From an uncultured Gammaproteobacteria bacterium (GTDB taxonomy: Bacteria; Patescibacteriota; Patescibacteriia; 2-12-FULL-57-11): 64,000 bases of DNA. The translations under genes were made by a program, and so were the position numbers. Numbering within the stretch: the first letter of the stretch is position 1; each line of letters starts with the position of its first letter. The notes under the pieces are model-generated. The model saw only the letters and a program-made list of their open reading frames with translations. It had not been told where the DNA came from and did no database searches. Location of the stretch: contig CAZYLV010000004.1 of assembly GCA_964648865.1 (NCBI GenBank), positions 2,740-66,739 on the forward strand, given 5' to 3'. This document shows, in pieces, positions 48,323 to 60,800 of the stretch.

Positions 48323-48813
48323 GCGGCAGGTGGTTTGGGCTTCTCTTCCTTCTTGTCGTTCTTGGGCGGCTCGAGGTCGACCTTCTTGAGCTCGCCGGCC
48401 TCGACACGGTCACGGTAGATGGCGCCGAGCACGCCGTTGACGAAGCGCCCGGACGACTCCCCGCCGAAGGTCTTGGCCAGCTCGATGGCCTCGTTGATGG
48501 CCACCTTGGAGGGTACCGTCTCCGACCAGATGAGCTCGGAGATGCCGAGGCGCAGGATGTTCTTGTCGACGAGCGTGATGGCCTCGAGCGGCCACTCCGG
48601 GGCGTACTTCACGATGGTCGCGTCGATGTCCTGTTGGTGAGCGAGCACGCCGTCGAGCAGCTCCTGGATGAAGCCGTGGTCGTCGAACTCCGGCGCGAAC
48701 TCACGGAGCTGGTACGTCAAGGTCCCGGGGACGCTGCCGGGCTTCTGCCCGTTGAAGTCCCATTGGTAGAGGACCTGCATGGCGATCGTCCGCGCGAGAT
48801 GCCGGTTGCTCAT
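48319..48813 (-). CDS. nusB: transcription antitermination factor NusB
   Basis: ATG 48813 (AGGAGG upstream); the ORF runs to GTG 48867. Overlaps rnc by 4 nt. NusB fold pattern. Confidence 0.8.
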   Translation of the reverse strand: MSNRHLARTIAMQVLYQWDFNGQKPGSVPGTLTYQLREFAPEFDDHGFIQELLDGVLAHQQDIDATIVKYAPEWPLEAITLVDKNILRLGISELIWSETVPSKVAINEAIELAKTFGGESSGRFVNGVLGAIYRDRVEAGELKKVDLEPPKNDKKEEKPKPPAA

Positions 48814-48863
48814 ATCGTCGTGCCTCCTAAGGAGCGAAAGGGCGAAAGAACGAAAGACGAGGA

Positions 48864-49169
48864 TCACTCGTCTTTCTTGGCGTCCTCCTCGTGCGCGTGG
48901 TCGTGGCTGGCGTGGTCGTGTGCGGCCCCGCTCAGCGTGGGTGCCGCGGCCTTGGCCTTCTCGGCCCGCTTGAGGGCCTTGCCCGCGGCCGCCTTGGCGG
49001 CAGGCAGCACCTGGCGCCCGGCGTAGTGGCCGCAGAATCGGCAGGCCATATGCGGGAGCACCGGCTTCTTGCAGCGCGGGCAGGTGCCGATCTGCATGCG
49101 CTTCAACGCGAAATGCGAGGCGCGGCGGCGCTTGTGGCTCGAGGTGCGGCGATGTCCAGGCAAACCCAT
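48864..49169 (-). CDS. rpmF: 50S ribosomal protein L32 with a C-terminal Ala/Lys- and His-rich extension
   Basis: [19 protein letters not shown]...[20 protein letters not shown] matches the L32 zinc-ribbon core. A roughly 45-aa tail ends ...[18 protein letters not shown]. Confidence 0.8.
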   Translation of the reverse strand: MGLPGHRRTSSHKRRRASHFALKRMQIGTCPRCKKPVLPHMACRFCGHYAGRQVLPAAKAAAGKALKRAEKAKAAAPTLSGAAHDHASHDHAHEEDAKKDE

Positions 49170-49192
49170 AGCGGGAGGTTCAGTTCGTCGGC

Positions 49193-49221
49193 ACTATAGC
49201 GCCCGCGCCGGAACTTGGCAA
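49193..49221 (-). promoter_or_regulatory. sigma70-type promoter (TTGCCA, 17 nt spacer, TATAGT) for rpmF-nusB-rnc
   Basis: Minus strand: ttgcca agttccggcgcgggcgc tatagt. Confidence 0.5.
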
Positions 49222-49245
49222 GACCCCCGGGTCGACCGGATGCCG

Positions 49246-49277
49246 AAGCGCCGCCCCCGAGGGAGCGGCGCTTTTTT
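49246..49277 (+). terminator. plus-strand-oriented terminator-like hairpin with no annotated plus-strand gene upstream
   Basis: gcgccgc-ccccgaggga-gcggcgc followed by tttttt, just before the convergent gyrA stop. A-run on the minus-sense side. Confidence 0.35.
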
Positions 49278-49282
49278 CCTTC

Positions 49283-51766
<2,484 letters not shown>

Positions 51767-51772
51767 ACGGGA

Positions 51773-52315
51773 TCAGCGGGGGTTCGGGACGGTGGACGTC
51801 GCGGCGAGACGTTCGCTCATGGCATCGATCGCGCCCTGCAGCGAGGCGGCCGCGGCGGCGTTGGTCGCGGCGGTGCTCGTGGGGGCGAGCGCGCCGAGCC
51901 GGGCGCTGATGCGGCCGAACTGCTCGGCGACGCGCGCCCGCACCTCGCTCACGCTCTCCCCGGCAGGGGTGCCGGGACCGGCGAGCACGGCCGCGCGCAG
52001 CGCGACGAGCCAACCGATGGCCAACGCCACGGTGAAGATGCCGGCGCCGATGAAGACGCCGCGCCGGCGGCGGTCGTGGCTGGCGGCGTCGAGCGCATAG
52101 CCCTCGTGCCGCGGCAGCCCGCGGTAGACGGCGCGCTCGAAGGCCTCGACCTCGGGGCGGAAGCGCGGATCCTCCTCCGGCACGCTGCCGACGGGGCCGG
52201 GCATCTGTTCCTCAAAACCAAGCGGCTCCTGCTCGTGGACGGCGCGCTCCTCGCCCGTGGCACGCTCCCGGACGTACTCGCGCAGGTCCTGGTCGCTGCG
52301 GCGCTCGGTGGGCAT
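51773..52315 (-). CDS. hypothetical membrane protein
   Basis: 180 aa with an acidic N-terminus, one TM helix (VFIGAGIFTVALAIGWLVAL) and an Ala-rich tail. Confidence 0.5.
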   Translation of the reverse strand: MPTERRSDQDLREYVRERATGEERAVHEQEPLGFEEQMPGPVGSVPEEDPRFRPEVEAFERAVYRGLPRHEGYALDAASHDRRRRGVFIGAGIFTVALAIGWLVALRAAVLAGPGTPAGESVSEVRARVAEQFGRISARLGALAPTSTAATNAAAAASLQGAIDAMSERLAATSTVPNPR

Positions 52316-52316
52316 A

Positions 52317-52979
52317 TCAGCTGCGGCTGAAGAGGTAGAACGCGGTGGACTCCTGCGGCAGGTCCTTGCGCGCGAGCTTGAGCTTCTCGACCTTCTCCGG
52401 CGTGCCGCCGATCTCGCGGAAGAACTTCTCCGGCGCGTCGAGCTTCATGGCGATGTCCTTGTCCGCGAAATGCATGGGGATGACCACGCGCGGCTCGAGC
52501 CGGTTGACGATCTCCACGGCCTCGGCGGCGCCGATGGTCGAACCCTGCCCGCCGACCGGCACGAAGAGCACGTCGATGTCCTCGAGCCGCGAGAGTTCGG
52601 TGTCGGTCAACGGATGGCCGATGTCGCCCAGATGCGCCAGGGAAAGGTCGCCGATCTCGAAGCGGAAGAGGGTATTGGGCCCTTCCTTCTTGCCTTTGGG
52701 CGCGCCGTGCCGCGAGGGGATGCCGTAGACGAAGATCTCCTTCACCTCGTACTCGCCCGGACCGCGGATGATGAACGGCTCCCCGCCGACGAGCTCGGCC
52801 GCGCTATGGGCGAGGTGCTCGTGGGAGAGCGTCACGAGGTCCCCGGCAAGTCCACGCGGCAGCTTGACCCCCATGTCGTGCGGGAAGGGATCGGTGACGA
52901 TGGCCACCTCGTCCGTCTCGGTCTTCGCCAGGATACGGAAGCAGGAAAGCCCGTGCCAGGTGATCGTCAGGGAGGCCAT
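52317..52979 (-). CDS. MBL-fold metallo-hydrolase
   Basis: 220 aa with the HxHxDH-type motif (SHEHLAH) and downstream His/Asp ligands. Confidence 0.8.
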   Translation of the reverse strand: MASLTITWHGLSCFRILAKTETDEVAIVTDPFPHDMGVKLPRGLAGDLVTLSHEHLAHSAAELVGGEPFIIRGPGEYEVKEIFVYGIPSRHGAPKGKKEGPNTLFRFEIGDLSLAHLGDIGHPLTDTELSRLEDIDVLFVPVGGQGSTIGAAEAVEIVNRLEPRVVIPMHFADKDIAMKLDAPEKFFREIGGTPEKVEKLKLARKDLPQESTAFYLFSRS

Positions 52980-53038
52980 ACAAAAAAAGGCGATCGGAAC
53001 GCCCGTACTGTACCAGCCGAGGTGCCGGAAATCAATGG

Positions 53039-53725
53039 CTATTCGAAGAGCTCGATGACGCCCTGGTAATACTCGATCTCGCCCAAAACGTCCTCCCGCG
53101 TCACGTCATGCTCGACCCCGGACCAGCCCTCCTCGAAGGCCTTGATCTTGCCGCGGATCTCCGGCCCCCACTTCTCGGAGCGCTCGGCCATGGCGGCCAG
53201 GACGGCGATCTTGCTTTCGATCTCCTTCTGCTCGGCCTTGTAGCGTTCGATGTGCAGGTCGCACTCCCCGCTCTTCTCGCCCAGGCACATCTCCTGGATC
53301 TCGCGGGAGACGCGGTCGTGCACGGCGAGCTTGGCCTCGACCACCGCGGCGCGCTCGTCCGGCGAGAAGAAGACCTCGAAGAGCGCCCCGCCCTGGCGGA
53401 CGTCTTCGACGCGGCCGCCCTTGGCCAGGAAGTTGAGGTACTTCTCCTTGAGCCCGCGACGCGCAAGCTCCTCCTGGAGATAGCGGTCCTCGCGCACCCG
53501 ACCTTCGGCGTCGTGGATACGCGCGAAGGCGCGACGGAACGGCCAGATCTCCTTGCCGAAGGCGACGATGTGCCGTTCGATCTCGGCCACGGGGGTCGCG
53601 TCGTCCGCGGCGAGCCGCTCCACTTCGGCGAGCATCGCGGCGCGCCGCGCCGCATCGAAGAACGCCGGGGCCTTTTCGACGGAGAAGCGCAGCAGGTCCA
53701 GGGTGTGTTGGAAGGGGTGCGGCAT
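53039..53725 (-). CDS. hypothetical protein
   Basis: ATG 53725 (MPHPFQHTLDLLRF...); the ORF track extends to 54007 through an Arg-rich artefact. No recognised domain. Confidence 0.5.
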   Translation of the reverse strand: MPHPFQHTLDLLRFSVEKAPAFFDAARRAAMLAEVERLAADDATPVAEIERHIVAFGKEIWPFRRAFARIHDAEGRVREDRYLQEELARRGLKEKYLNFLAKGGRVEDVRQGGALFEVFFSPDERAAVVEAKLAVHDRVSREIQEMCLGEKSGECDLHIERYKAEQKEIESKIAVLAAMAERSEKWGPEIRGKIKAFEEGWSGVEHDVTREDVLGEIEYYQGVIELFE

Positions 53726-53726
53726 A

Positions 53727-54302
53727 TCAGTCCTCGCCGAACATGTCGACGGCCTCCGGCTGCGGGCGTTCCGGCGCCGCGGCGGGCGCGGACGGCCCGC
53801 GTTCCACGCGGTCCGCGCCGGAGAACCCGCCGAGGGCGCCGCCGCCTGGGCGCGACGCCTCGCGCGCCGCCTGGCCGATGGCGCGCCCGCCGACCGCCGG
53901 GGCCTGGGCGCGGTGCGCGGACGGCTCCTCCTTTTTGGCGGCGGGACCGCGCGCGAGCGCCTTGGTGATCTCGGCCTTCTTCTTCTCTTCCTCGACCATC
54001 CGCTCACGCATGGTGAGCATCTTGCGGGCGGCCACGACCTTCGGGTCCGGCCCCTTGGCGGCCGATGCCTCCTTGATCTGCCGATCGAACCCGGCGGCCG
54101 TGGTGTGGCGCGACGAGGCCTTGAAGAGGCCCTCGTCCTTCATCTTCTTGAGGAACTTCTGCGCCTGGTAGCCTTTGACGCTGCCGCTGTGGGCCGGATT
54201 GATGCCAGCCTTGCGCATCAGGGAATCGACCATGCCGCGCTTGGCGCTGGTCAGGTTCTTCTGCACCACGGTCTTGAGCGCCTTGCGGGAGACGTCGGAC
54301 AT
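53727..54302 (-). CDS. hypothetical basic protein
   Basis: 191 aa, Lys/Ala-rich. TATATAAT lies 8 nt upstream of the ATG, suggesting a leaderless or short-leader mRNA. Confidence 0.5.
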   Translation of the reverse strand: MSDVSRKALKTVVQKNLTSAKRGMVDSLMRKAGINPAHSGSVKGYQAQKFLKKMKDEGLFKASSRHTTAAGFDRQIKEASAAKGPDPKVVAARKMLTMRERMVEEEKKKAEITKALARGPAAKKEEPSAHRAQAPAVGGRAIGQAAREASRPGGGALGGFSGADRVERGPSAPAAAPERPQPEAVDMFGED

Positions 54303-54344
54303 ACGTACCTATTATATACGTCCGCGCCCGCGGCCTGTAGGGGC

Positions 54345-54373
54345 TTGCCAATATCGGGCCGTTCGGCTACATT
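54345..54373 (+). promoter_or_regulatory. sigma70-type promoter (TTGCCA, 17 nt spacer, TACATT) for rpsA
   Basis: ttgcca atatcgggccgttcggc tacatt; about 70 nt before the rpsA ATG. Confidence 0.45.
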
Positions 54374-54443
54374 CCCGGCACCTCATATCCACCCCTCCGG
54401 GGGACTTGGTGGCGGAAAAGCCCCAGGTTAAGAGACGTTTCCC

Positions 54444-55583
54444 ATGTCAGACGCAACGCAGACCAAAGCCCCGATGACCGAATTCGAGCGCCTCCTCGAG
54501 GAGAGCGGCATGACCGCCATCCCCAAGGTCGGCGACGTGGTCACGGGCACGGTCATTTCCTTCGCCAAGAACGAGGTCCGCATCGACATCCCCAGCTTCA
54601 AGACCGGCGTCGTGCGCGGCCGCGAGATCTTCTCCGAATCCGCCGAGGTCGCCGCGCTCAAGCCCGGCGATGAGGTCGAGGCCACGGTGCTGGCGCTCGA
54701 GAACGAGCACGGCAACCTGGAGCTGTCCTTCCGCTCGGCCGGCCACCGCAAGGCCTGGGACGCCATCCTCACCGCCCACAAGGCCGGTGCGGCGCTCGAG
54801 GTGACCATCGTCGAGGCCAACAAGGGCGGCCTCATGGTCCGGGTCAACCACATGATGGGCTTCCTGCCGGTCTCGCAGCTGGCGCCGGAGCACTACCCGC
54901 GCGTCACCGGCGGCGACAAGTCCAAGATCCTCGAGAAGCTCAAGTCCTTCGTCGGCCAGAGCCTCAAGGTGAAGGTGCTCGACGCCAACGAGGCCAACGA
55001 GAAGCTGATCGTCTCGGAGAAGGCCGTCTGGGAAGACGAGCAGGCCGCGGTCATCGCCAAGTACAAGATCGGCGACACCGTCACCGGCACGGTCACCGCG
55101 CTCACGGACTTCGGTGCCTTCGTGAAGTTCGACACGCTCGAGGGCCTGGTCCACATCTCGGAGATCGCCTGGCAGCGCATCGACCACCCGCGCGACGTCC
55201 TCCAGGTCGGCCAGGAGGTCACGTGCCAGGTCATCGGCATCCAGGGCTCCAAGATCTTCCTCTCCATGAAGAAGCTCGTCGACGACCCCTGGAAGAACGT
55301 CGGCGACAAGTACCACGTCGGCCAGATCGTGCGCGGCAAGATCATCAAGGCCAATCCCTTCGGCTTCTTCGTGGAGCTGGACCCGGACATCCACGGGCTG
55401 GCCCACGTCAGCGAACTCTCGCACAAGCCGGTCAAGGATCCGCTCGAGGTCGCCAAGGTCGGCGAGGAGAAGACCTTCAAGATCGTCTCCATCGAGCCGG
55501 AGAGCCATCGGCTCGGCCTCTCCCTGAAGGCGCTCGAGGAAGCGCCCAAGGCCGAAGAGAAGACCGAGGCCGCCGCGGCCTGA
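54444..55583 (+). CDS. rpsA: 30S ribosomal protein S1 (short, four S1 domains)
   Basis: 379 aa with repeated S1 motifs (GDVVTGTV..., GDTVTGTV..., GQIVRGKI...). Confidence 0.9.
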   Translation: MSDATQTKAPMTEFERLLEESGMTAIPKVGDVVTGTVISFAKNEVRIDIPSFKTGVVRGREIFSESAEVAALKPGDEVEATVLALENEHGNLELSFRSAGHRKAWDAILTAHKAGAALEVTIVEANKGGLMVRVNHMMGFLPVSQLAPEHYPRVTGGDKSKILEKLKSFVGQSLKVKVLDANEANEKLIVSEKAVWEDEQAAVIAKYKIGDTVTGTVTALTDFGAFVKFDTLEGLVHISEIAWQRIDHPRDVLQVGQEVTCQVIGIQGSKIFLSMKKLVDDPWKNVGDKYHVGQIVRGKIIKANPFGFFVELDPDIHGLAHVSELSHKPVKDPLEVAKVGEEKTFKIVSIEPESHRLGLSLKALEEAPKAEEKTEAAAA

Positions 55584-55632
55584 GTCCCAAACCGCTCCCG
55601 CATCCGCGGGGGCGGTTTTGCGTCTCGGGCGG

Positions 55633-55662
55633 TTGCCCGCGCGGCCCGGAACCCTCTATACT
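55633..55662 (+). promoter_or_regulatory. sigma70-type promoter (TTGCCC, 18 nt spacer, TATACT) for ftsH
   Basis: ttgccc gcgcggcccggaaccctc tatact; 14 nt before the ATG. Confidence 0.4.
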
Positions 55663-55676
55663 TCCAGAGGAAACCT

Positions 55677-57584
55677 ATGAAAATCTCCCGACAGCTCATC
55701 ATCTTCCTGGTCCTGCTCGCCGTCTTCGTCGGGCTCCTCTCGACCATGTCGCTCGACCTCACCGGTGTGGCCAAGGTGGACCTGCCGACCGTCGCCCGCC
55801 ACATCGAGGAAGGCAAGGTCCGGAAGATCGAGATCGACGGCGACGCGGTGCTCATCGAGCTCACCGACGGCCGCAAGGAACGCAGCATCAAGGAGGCGCA
55901 GGACAGCTTCGCCGCGCAGATGGCCTCCTTCGGCATCTCGGCCGAGGAGCTCTCGAGCGTGGCCGTTGAAGTGAAGGAGATCTCCCCGGTGACGCTGTGG
56001 GTCGGGACGCTCTTGCCCATCATCCTGCCGCTCCTCATCATCGCCGGCTTCATCATGTTCATGATGCGGCAGGTGCAGGGCGCCAACACGCGGGCCATGA
56101 CCTTCGGCCAGAGCGGCGCACGCGAGATCCCCAAGGACACCAAGGACCGCATCACCTTCAAGGACGTGGCCGGCGTCAAGGAAGCCAAGGAGGAGCTCAC
56201 CGAGATCGTCGAGTTCCTCAAGTCGCCCAAGAAGTTCGCCGTGCTCGGCGCCAAGATCCCCAAAGGCGTGCTGCTCATGGGCTCGCCCGGCACCGGCAAG
56301 ACGTTGCTCGCCCGCGCCGTGGCCGGCGAGGCCAACGTGCCTTTCTTCCACATCTCCGGCTCGGAGTTCGTGGAGATGTTCGTCGGCGTCGGCGCGGCCC
56401 GCGTGCGCGACCTCTTCACCCGGGCCAAGAAGCACGCGCCGTGCATCGTCTTCATCGACGAGATCGACGCCGTCGGCCGCCAGCGCGGCGCGGGCCTCGG
56501 CGGTTCCCACGACGAGCGCGAGCAGACCCTGAACCAGATCCTGGTGGAGATGGACGGCTTCGAGCCCAACCAGGGCGTCATCGTGATGGCCGCCACCAAC
56601 CGCCCGGACGTCCTCGACCCGGCGCTGCTGCGCCCCGGCCGCTTCGACCGCCGGGTGACGCTCGATCCCCCGGACATCCAGGCCCGCGAAGCCATCCTCA
56701 AGATCCACGCCCGGGGCAAGCCGCTCGCCGATGACGTCGACCTGCGCAAGATCGCCGAGCGCACGCCCGGCTTCACCGGCGCCGACCTCCAGAACCTGCT
56801 CAACGAGGCCGCCATCCTGGCGGCGCGGCAGAACAAGCGCATCGTCGGCATGGGCGAGATCCTGCCGTCGATCGAGAAGGTCCTGCTCGGTCCGGAGCGC
56901 AAGAGCCACATCCTCACGGAGCGCGAACGGCTCGTGACGGCATACCATGAGGGCGGACACGCGCTCGTGGCCCACGAGCTCAGCCATACCGATCCGGTGC
57001 GCAAGATCTCCATCGTCTCCCGCGGCATGGCCGCCGGCTACACCCTCAAGCTCCCCACCGAGGACCGCCAGATGCGCACCCGCGCGGAGTTCCTCGACGA
57101 CATCGCGGTGGCGCTCGGCGGGTACGTGGCCGAGCGGCAGGTCTTCGGCGACCTCACGACCGGTTCCTCCAACGATATCAAGAACGCCAACCGCATGGCA
57201 CGCGCGCTCGTCACCCGCTACGGCATGAGCGACGCGCTCGGTCCGCGGACCTTCGGCGAACAGGAGGAGATGATCTTCCTCGGCAAGCAGATCAGCGAGG
57301 TGCGCGACTACTCCGACAAGACCGCGCAGCTCGTGGACGAGGAGATCGCCCGCATCGTCACCGAGGCCATGAAGGTCGCCGAGGGCATCCTCAAGAAGAA
57401 ACGCGCCAAGCTCGACGAGATCGCCGACCTGCTGCTCGAGAAGGAGACCATCGAGCAGGAGGAGTTCGAGGCGCTCTTCGAGGAACATCCCCACCTCACC
57501 AGGCCCACGGTCGAGATCCCGTCGGCGGCGCGCCCCGCCAAAGGCCCGGGCCCGGCGCTCAAGCCCAAAGAAGCCGCAGCGTAA
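55677..57584 (+). CDS. ftsH: ATP-dependent zinc metalloprotease FtsH
   Basis: 635 aa with two TM helices, AAA+ domain ([12 protein letters not shown]) and an HEGGH zinc motif. Confidence 0.95.
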   Translation: MKISRQLIIFLVLLAVFVGLLSTMSLDLTGVAKVDLPTVARHIEEGKVRKIEIDGDAVLIELTDGRKERSIKEAQDSFAAQMASFGISAEELSSVAVEVKEISPVTLWVGTLLPIILPLLIIAGFIMFMMRQVQGANTRAMTFGQSGAREIPKDTKDRITFKDVAGVKEAKEELTEIVEFLKSPKKFAVLGAKIPKGVLLMGSPGTGKTLLARAVAGEANVPFFHISGSEFVEMFVGVGAARVRDLFTRAKKHAPCIVFIDEIDAVGRQRGAGLGGSHDEREQTLNQILVEMDGFEPNQGVIVMAATNRPDVLDPALLRPGRFDRRVTLDPPDIQAREAILKIHARGKPLADDVDLRKIAERTPGFTGADLQNLLNEAAILAARQNKRIVGMGEILPSIEKVLLGPERKSHILTERERLVTAYHEGGHALVAHELSHTDPVRKISIVSRGMAAGYTLKLPTEDRQMRTRAEFLDDIAVALGGYVAERQVFGDLTTGSSNDIKNANRMARALVTRYGMSDALGPRTFGEQEEMIFLGKQISEVRDYSDKTAQLVDEEIARIVTEAMKVAEGILKKKRAKLDEIADLLLEKETIEQEEFEALFEEHPHLTRPTVEIPSAARPAKGPGPALKPKEAAA

Positions 57585-57600
57585 CCCATAACCAGGAGGT

Positions 57601-58608
57601 ATGCCCAAGAACGAACAGACGCTGTATCGCCACGTGCTCGCCGACGCCTGGAAGCTCGCCTGGCGACGGCGCGGCCTCTGGCCCTTCGCCTTCTTCGCCT
57701 CGCTGGCGGCGACCGGCGGCATCGTCGACGTGATCCTGCGCAGCGGCGACGACATCTTCCGGGCCGAGGTGGCCCGCCTGGCGGGGGCGCCCGCCGCATC
57801 CGTGGCGCAGATGCTGCGGCTGGTCGGCCCCACGGTGCTCTCCGCGCCCCCCGGCTGGCTCGTGCTCTCCGCCGTCCTCGGGATGCTGGTGGTGGCCGCC
57901 CTCGTCTGGGTGGCGCTGGTCTGCCAAGGCGCGCTCATCGCCGGCATCTCCGCCGACGAGCTGAAGACCGACTCGCGCAAGGCGCTCGGCCGCGGCATCG
58001 CCGCCTTCTGGCCGCTCTTCGGCATCAACGTCATCTACCGCGTGCTCATCGCGGCGACGGTCTTCGCCACGGCCGTGCCCTTCGCCGCCGCGCTCGAGCG
58101 CAGCGCGCCGGGGACCATGCTGCTGTACCTGCTGACCTACGTGGCATTCGTGCTCGTGGGCACCATGCTCGCCATCATCGCCGTCTTCACGGCCGTCGAC
58201 GTCACGGCCTCCGGTTCGTCGCTCTGGCACGCCGCCAAGAACGCGGCGCGCACCTTCGGCCGCCACTGGGTGATCTCGCTCGAGGCGGCGCTGGTGGTCT
58301 TCGGCATCGACGTCCTGGCAGGCGTGGCGCTCCTCATCGGCGCGACGCTGCTCTCCGTGCCGCTCGTGCTCTTCCTGCTCGTCATGCGGGCCATCGGCAC
58401 GGCCGCCGGCATGTGGGTCTTCCTCACGGTCTTCCTGGCGCTGCTCTCCGGCTGGATCATCCTCTTGGCCTCCTTCGCCACGACGCTGCGCTACGCCGTC
58501 TGGACGCTGCTCTATGAGCGGCTGCAGTCCCGCTCCGTGACCGCCAAGATCGTCCGCGTCCTGCGCGCCATCCCGACCGTGTTCCGGGAGGCCGGCGCAC
58601 GCCGTTGA
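57601..58608 (+). CDS. polytopic membrane protein of unknown function
   Basis: 335 aa with at least 6 TM helices. Confidence 0.5.
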   Translation: MPKNEQTLYRHVLADAWKLAWRRRGLWPFAFFASLAATGGIVDVILRSGDDIFRAEVARLAGAPAASVAQMLRLVGPTVLSAPPGWLVLSAVLGMLVVAALVWVALVCQGALIAGISADELKTDSRKALGRGIAAFWPLFGINVIYRVLIAATVFATAVPFAAALERSAPGTMLLYLLTYVAFVLVGTMLAIIAVFTAVDVTASGSSLWHAAKNAARTFGRHWVISLEAALVVFGIDVLAGVALLIGATLLSVPLVLFLLVMRAIGTAAGMWVFLTVFLALLSGWIILLASFATTLRYAVWTLLYERLQSRSVTAKIVRVLRAIPTVFREAGARR

Positions 58609-58619
58609 TCCCCCGCCCC

Positions 58620-60323
58620 ATGGCCGACCAGACCCCCGCCCCGCACCTCCCAAAGATCGCCGAATCGGCCACCGCCGAGCGACTCGGCGAGAAGATGCAG
58701 GCCATCGAGCTGCGGGCCAAGGAACAGGAGGTCGCGGTCAAGGCGGCCTCGATGGGCGTCCCCTACATCGACCTGGTCGGGTTCGCCATCAGCCCGGAGG
58801 CGCTCTCGCTGGTGCCGCGCGAGCAGGCCGAGGCGCTCCAGGCCATCTGCTTCCTCTCGACCGGCGACGAGGTGCGCGTCGGCGCCGTGGACCCGGCGAC
58901 GCCCGAGGTCCAGGAGCTGCTCCACCAGGTGCGCGAGCGCGCCAACTCCAACGGCGCCGTCTACATGGTCTCGCCGCACAGCTTCAAGACGGCCGTGAAG
59001 CTCTACGACGCGCTCCCCAGGATCCGCAAGATCGTCAAGGGCGTGGAGATCTCCGAGGCCGACCTGGGACGCTTCGCCGGCGCCGGCGGCGACTTCACCA
59101 CGCTCCAGGCCGAGCTCAAGAAGGCCACGGTCACCGACGTCGTCACCATCATCATCGCCGCGGCCCTGAACGCCAACGCCTCGGACGTCCACGTCGAGGC
59201 CGAGGAGGGGGGCATCGCCGTGCGCTTCCGCCTCGACGGCATCCTCCACGATGTGGCCACGCTCGGGCGCGACCTCTGGCCCAAGGTGGCCAGCCGCATC
59301 AAGCTGCTCGCCGGGCTCAAGATCAACGTCACAGACCGCCCGCAGGACGGCCGCTTCACCATCTTCCTCACCAAGGACAAGATCGACGTCCGCGTCTCCA
59401 TGCTGCCGACCACCTGGGGCGAGTCCGTGGTGATGCGCCTCCTGCGCGCCTCGGGCGCCGGCAAGTCCGCGGACTTCCTGAACCTCGGCATCCGCGGCCG
59501 GGCCTTCGAGGAGCTCAAGAAGCAGGTCGAGCGGCCGAACGGCATGATCGTCACCACCGGCCCTACCGGCTCCGGCAAGACGACCACGCTCTACTCGGTG
59601 CTCAAGCACCTCAACTCGCCGGAGATGAAGATCATCACCCTCGAGGACCCGGTCGAGTACAAGCTCGAGGGCATCAACCAGTCGCAGATCGACCACAGCA
59701 AGGACTACACCTTCGCCAAGGGGCTGCGCTCCATCCTCCGCCAGGACCCGGACGTGGTCATGGTCGGCGAGATCCGCGACCTCGAGACCGCCGAGATCGC
59801 CATCCAGGCGGCGCTCACCGGCCACCTCGTGGTCTCGACCATCCACACCAACTCGGCCTCCGGCGCCATCCCCCGCTTCCTCTCGATGGGCGTGAAGCCC
59901 TTCCTGCTCGCGCCCGCGCTCAACGCCGTCATCGGCCAGCGGCTGGTGCGCCGCATCTGCCAGGAGTGTCTCGAAGAAGACCGGCTCGACGACGCCACCG
60001 TGGCGAGGGTCAAGAAGATCCTCGGCGCCATCCCCGAGGCATCCGGCGAGAAGGTCGACCTGGCGAAGCTGGCGTTCTGGAAGGGCGGCGGCTGCACGGC
60101 CTGCATGGGGCTCGGCTACAAGGGCCGCATCGGCATCTACGAGATCATGATCATGGACAAGGACATCGAGAAGGTCATCCTCTCGGAGAAGGTCTCGGAG
60201 TATGAGATGCAGGAGATCGCCGTCTCCAAGGGCATGGTCACCATGGTCCAGGACGGGCTCTTGAAGGCGCTCGACAAGATCACCTCGGTCGAGGAAGTCT
60301 TCCGCACGGCGAGCGAGGGTTAA
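58620..60323 (+). CDS. pilB: type II/IV secretion ATPase (PilB/GspE family)
   Basis: ATG 58620 (a TTG at 58605 is in frame). Walker A GPTGSGKTTT, Asp/His boxes and the tetracysteine motif (CQEC...CTAC). Confidence 0.85.
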   Translation: MADQTPAPHLPKIAESATAERLGEKMQAIELRAKEQEVAVKAASMGVPYIDLVGFAISPEALSLVPREQAEALQAICFLSTGDEVRVGAVDPATPEVQELLHQVRERANSNGAVYMVSPHSFKTAVKLYDALPRIRKIVKGVEISEADLGRFAGAGGDFTTLQAELKKATVTDVVTIIIAAALNANASDVHVEAEEGGIAVRFRLDGILHDVATLGRDLWPKVASRIKLLAGLKINVTDRPQDGRFTIFLTKDKIDVRVSMLPTTWGESVVMRLLRASGAGKSADFLNLGIRGRAFEELKKQVERPNGMIVTTGPTGSGKTTTLYSVLKHLNSPEMKIITLEDPVEYKLEGINQSQIDHSKDYTFAKGLRSILRQDPDVVMVGEIRDLETAEIAIQAALTGHLVVSTIHTNSASGAIPRFLSMGVKPFLLAPALNAVIGQRLVRRICQECLEEDRLDDATVARVKKILGAIPEASGEKVDLAKLAFWKGGGCTACMGLGYKGRIGIYEIMIMDKDIEKVILSEKVSEYEMQEIAVSKGMVTMVQDGLLKALDKITSVEEVFRTASEG

Positions 60324-60742
60324 ACCGCACGGACCGATCGCATCTTGCCGCGATGGCTGAACTCCAGCCATCGCGTGCGCTTTTCCGGGAGGAGATGCGC
60401 GACCTTCTCCGCCCACTCCACGACGACCACGGCGTTCTCGAGGACGAAGTAATCCGCGACCCCGAGTCCCAGGAACTCGGCGTCGGATTTCAGGCGATAG
60501 GCGTCGAGATGCACGAGCTGATGGATCCGCGGATGCGGCGCGGCGTGCACGTGCATGAGCGTGAAGGTGGGACTCGTGATCTTCTCGGCCACGCCCAGGT
60601 GCGCCGCGAGCCGCTGCACGAAGGCCGTCTTTCCTGCGCCGAGCGGCCCGGTGAGCGCGAGCGTCTCGCCGCCGCGCAGGTCGTGTGCCGCCTGCTGGGC
60701 GAAGGCATCGAGCTTGGCGAGCGTGGAGATGTCGAATCGCAT
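60320..60742 (-). CDS. tsaE: tRNA threonylcarbamoyladenosine biosynthesis protein TsaE
   Basis: ATG 60742 (MRFDISTL...); the ORF track extends to 60883. P-loop GPLGAGKT and SPTF motif. Confidence 0.8.
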   Translation of the reverse strand: MRFDISTLAKLDAFAQQAAHDLRGGETLALTGPLGAGKTAFVQRLAAHLGVAEKITSPTFTLMHVHAAPHPRIHQLVHLDAYRLKSDAEFLGLGVADYFVLENAVVVVEWAEKVAHLLPEKRTRWLEFSHRGKMRSVRAV

Positions 60743-60800
60743 GTTCGTAGGGGCGTGATTCATCACGCCCGTCCGAGTTCCCAGCCGGAATCCGGCGCCA
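60743..60800. repeat. roughly 55 bp copy of an internal segment of the RAYT gene (hairpin ggggcgtga-ttca-tcacgcccc preceded by GTAG), spanning the tsaD stop and tsaE start
   Basis: 27 of 28 nt identical to 43471-43499 (gt[c/t]cgtaggggcgtgattcatcacgccc), then cagccgga and atcc/gg similarity with indels. Confidence 0.55.
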
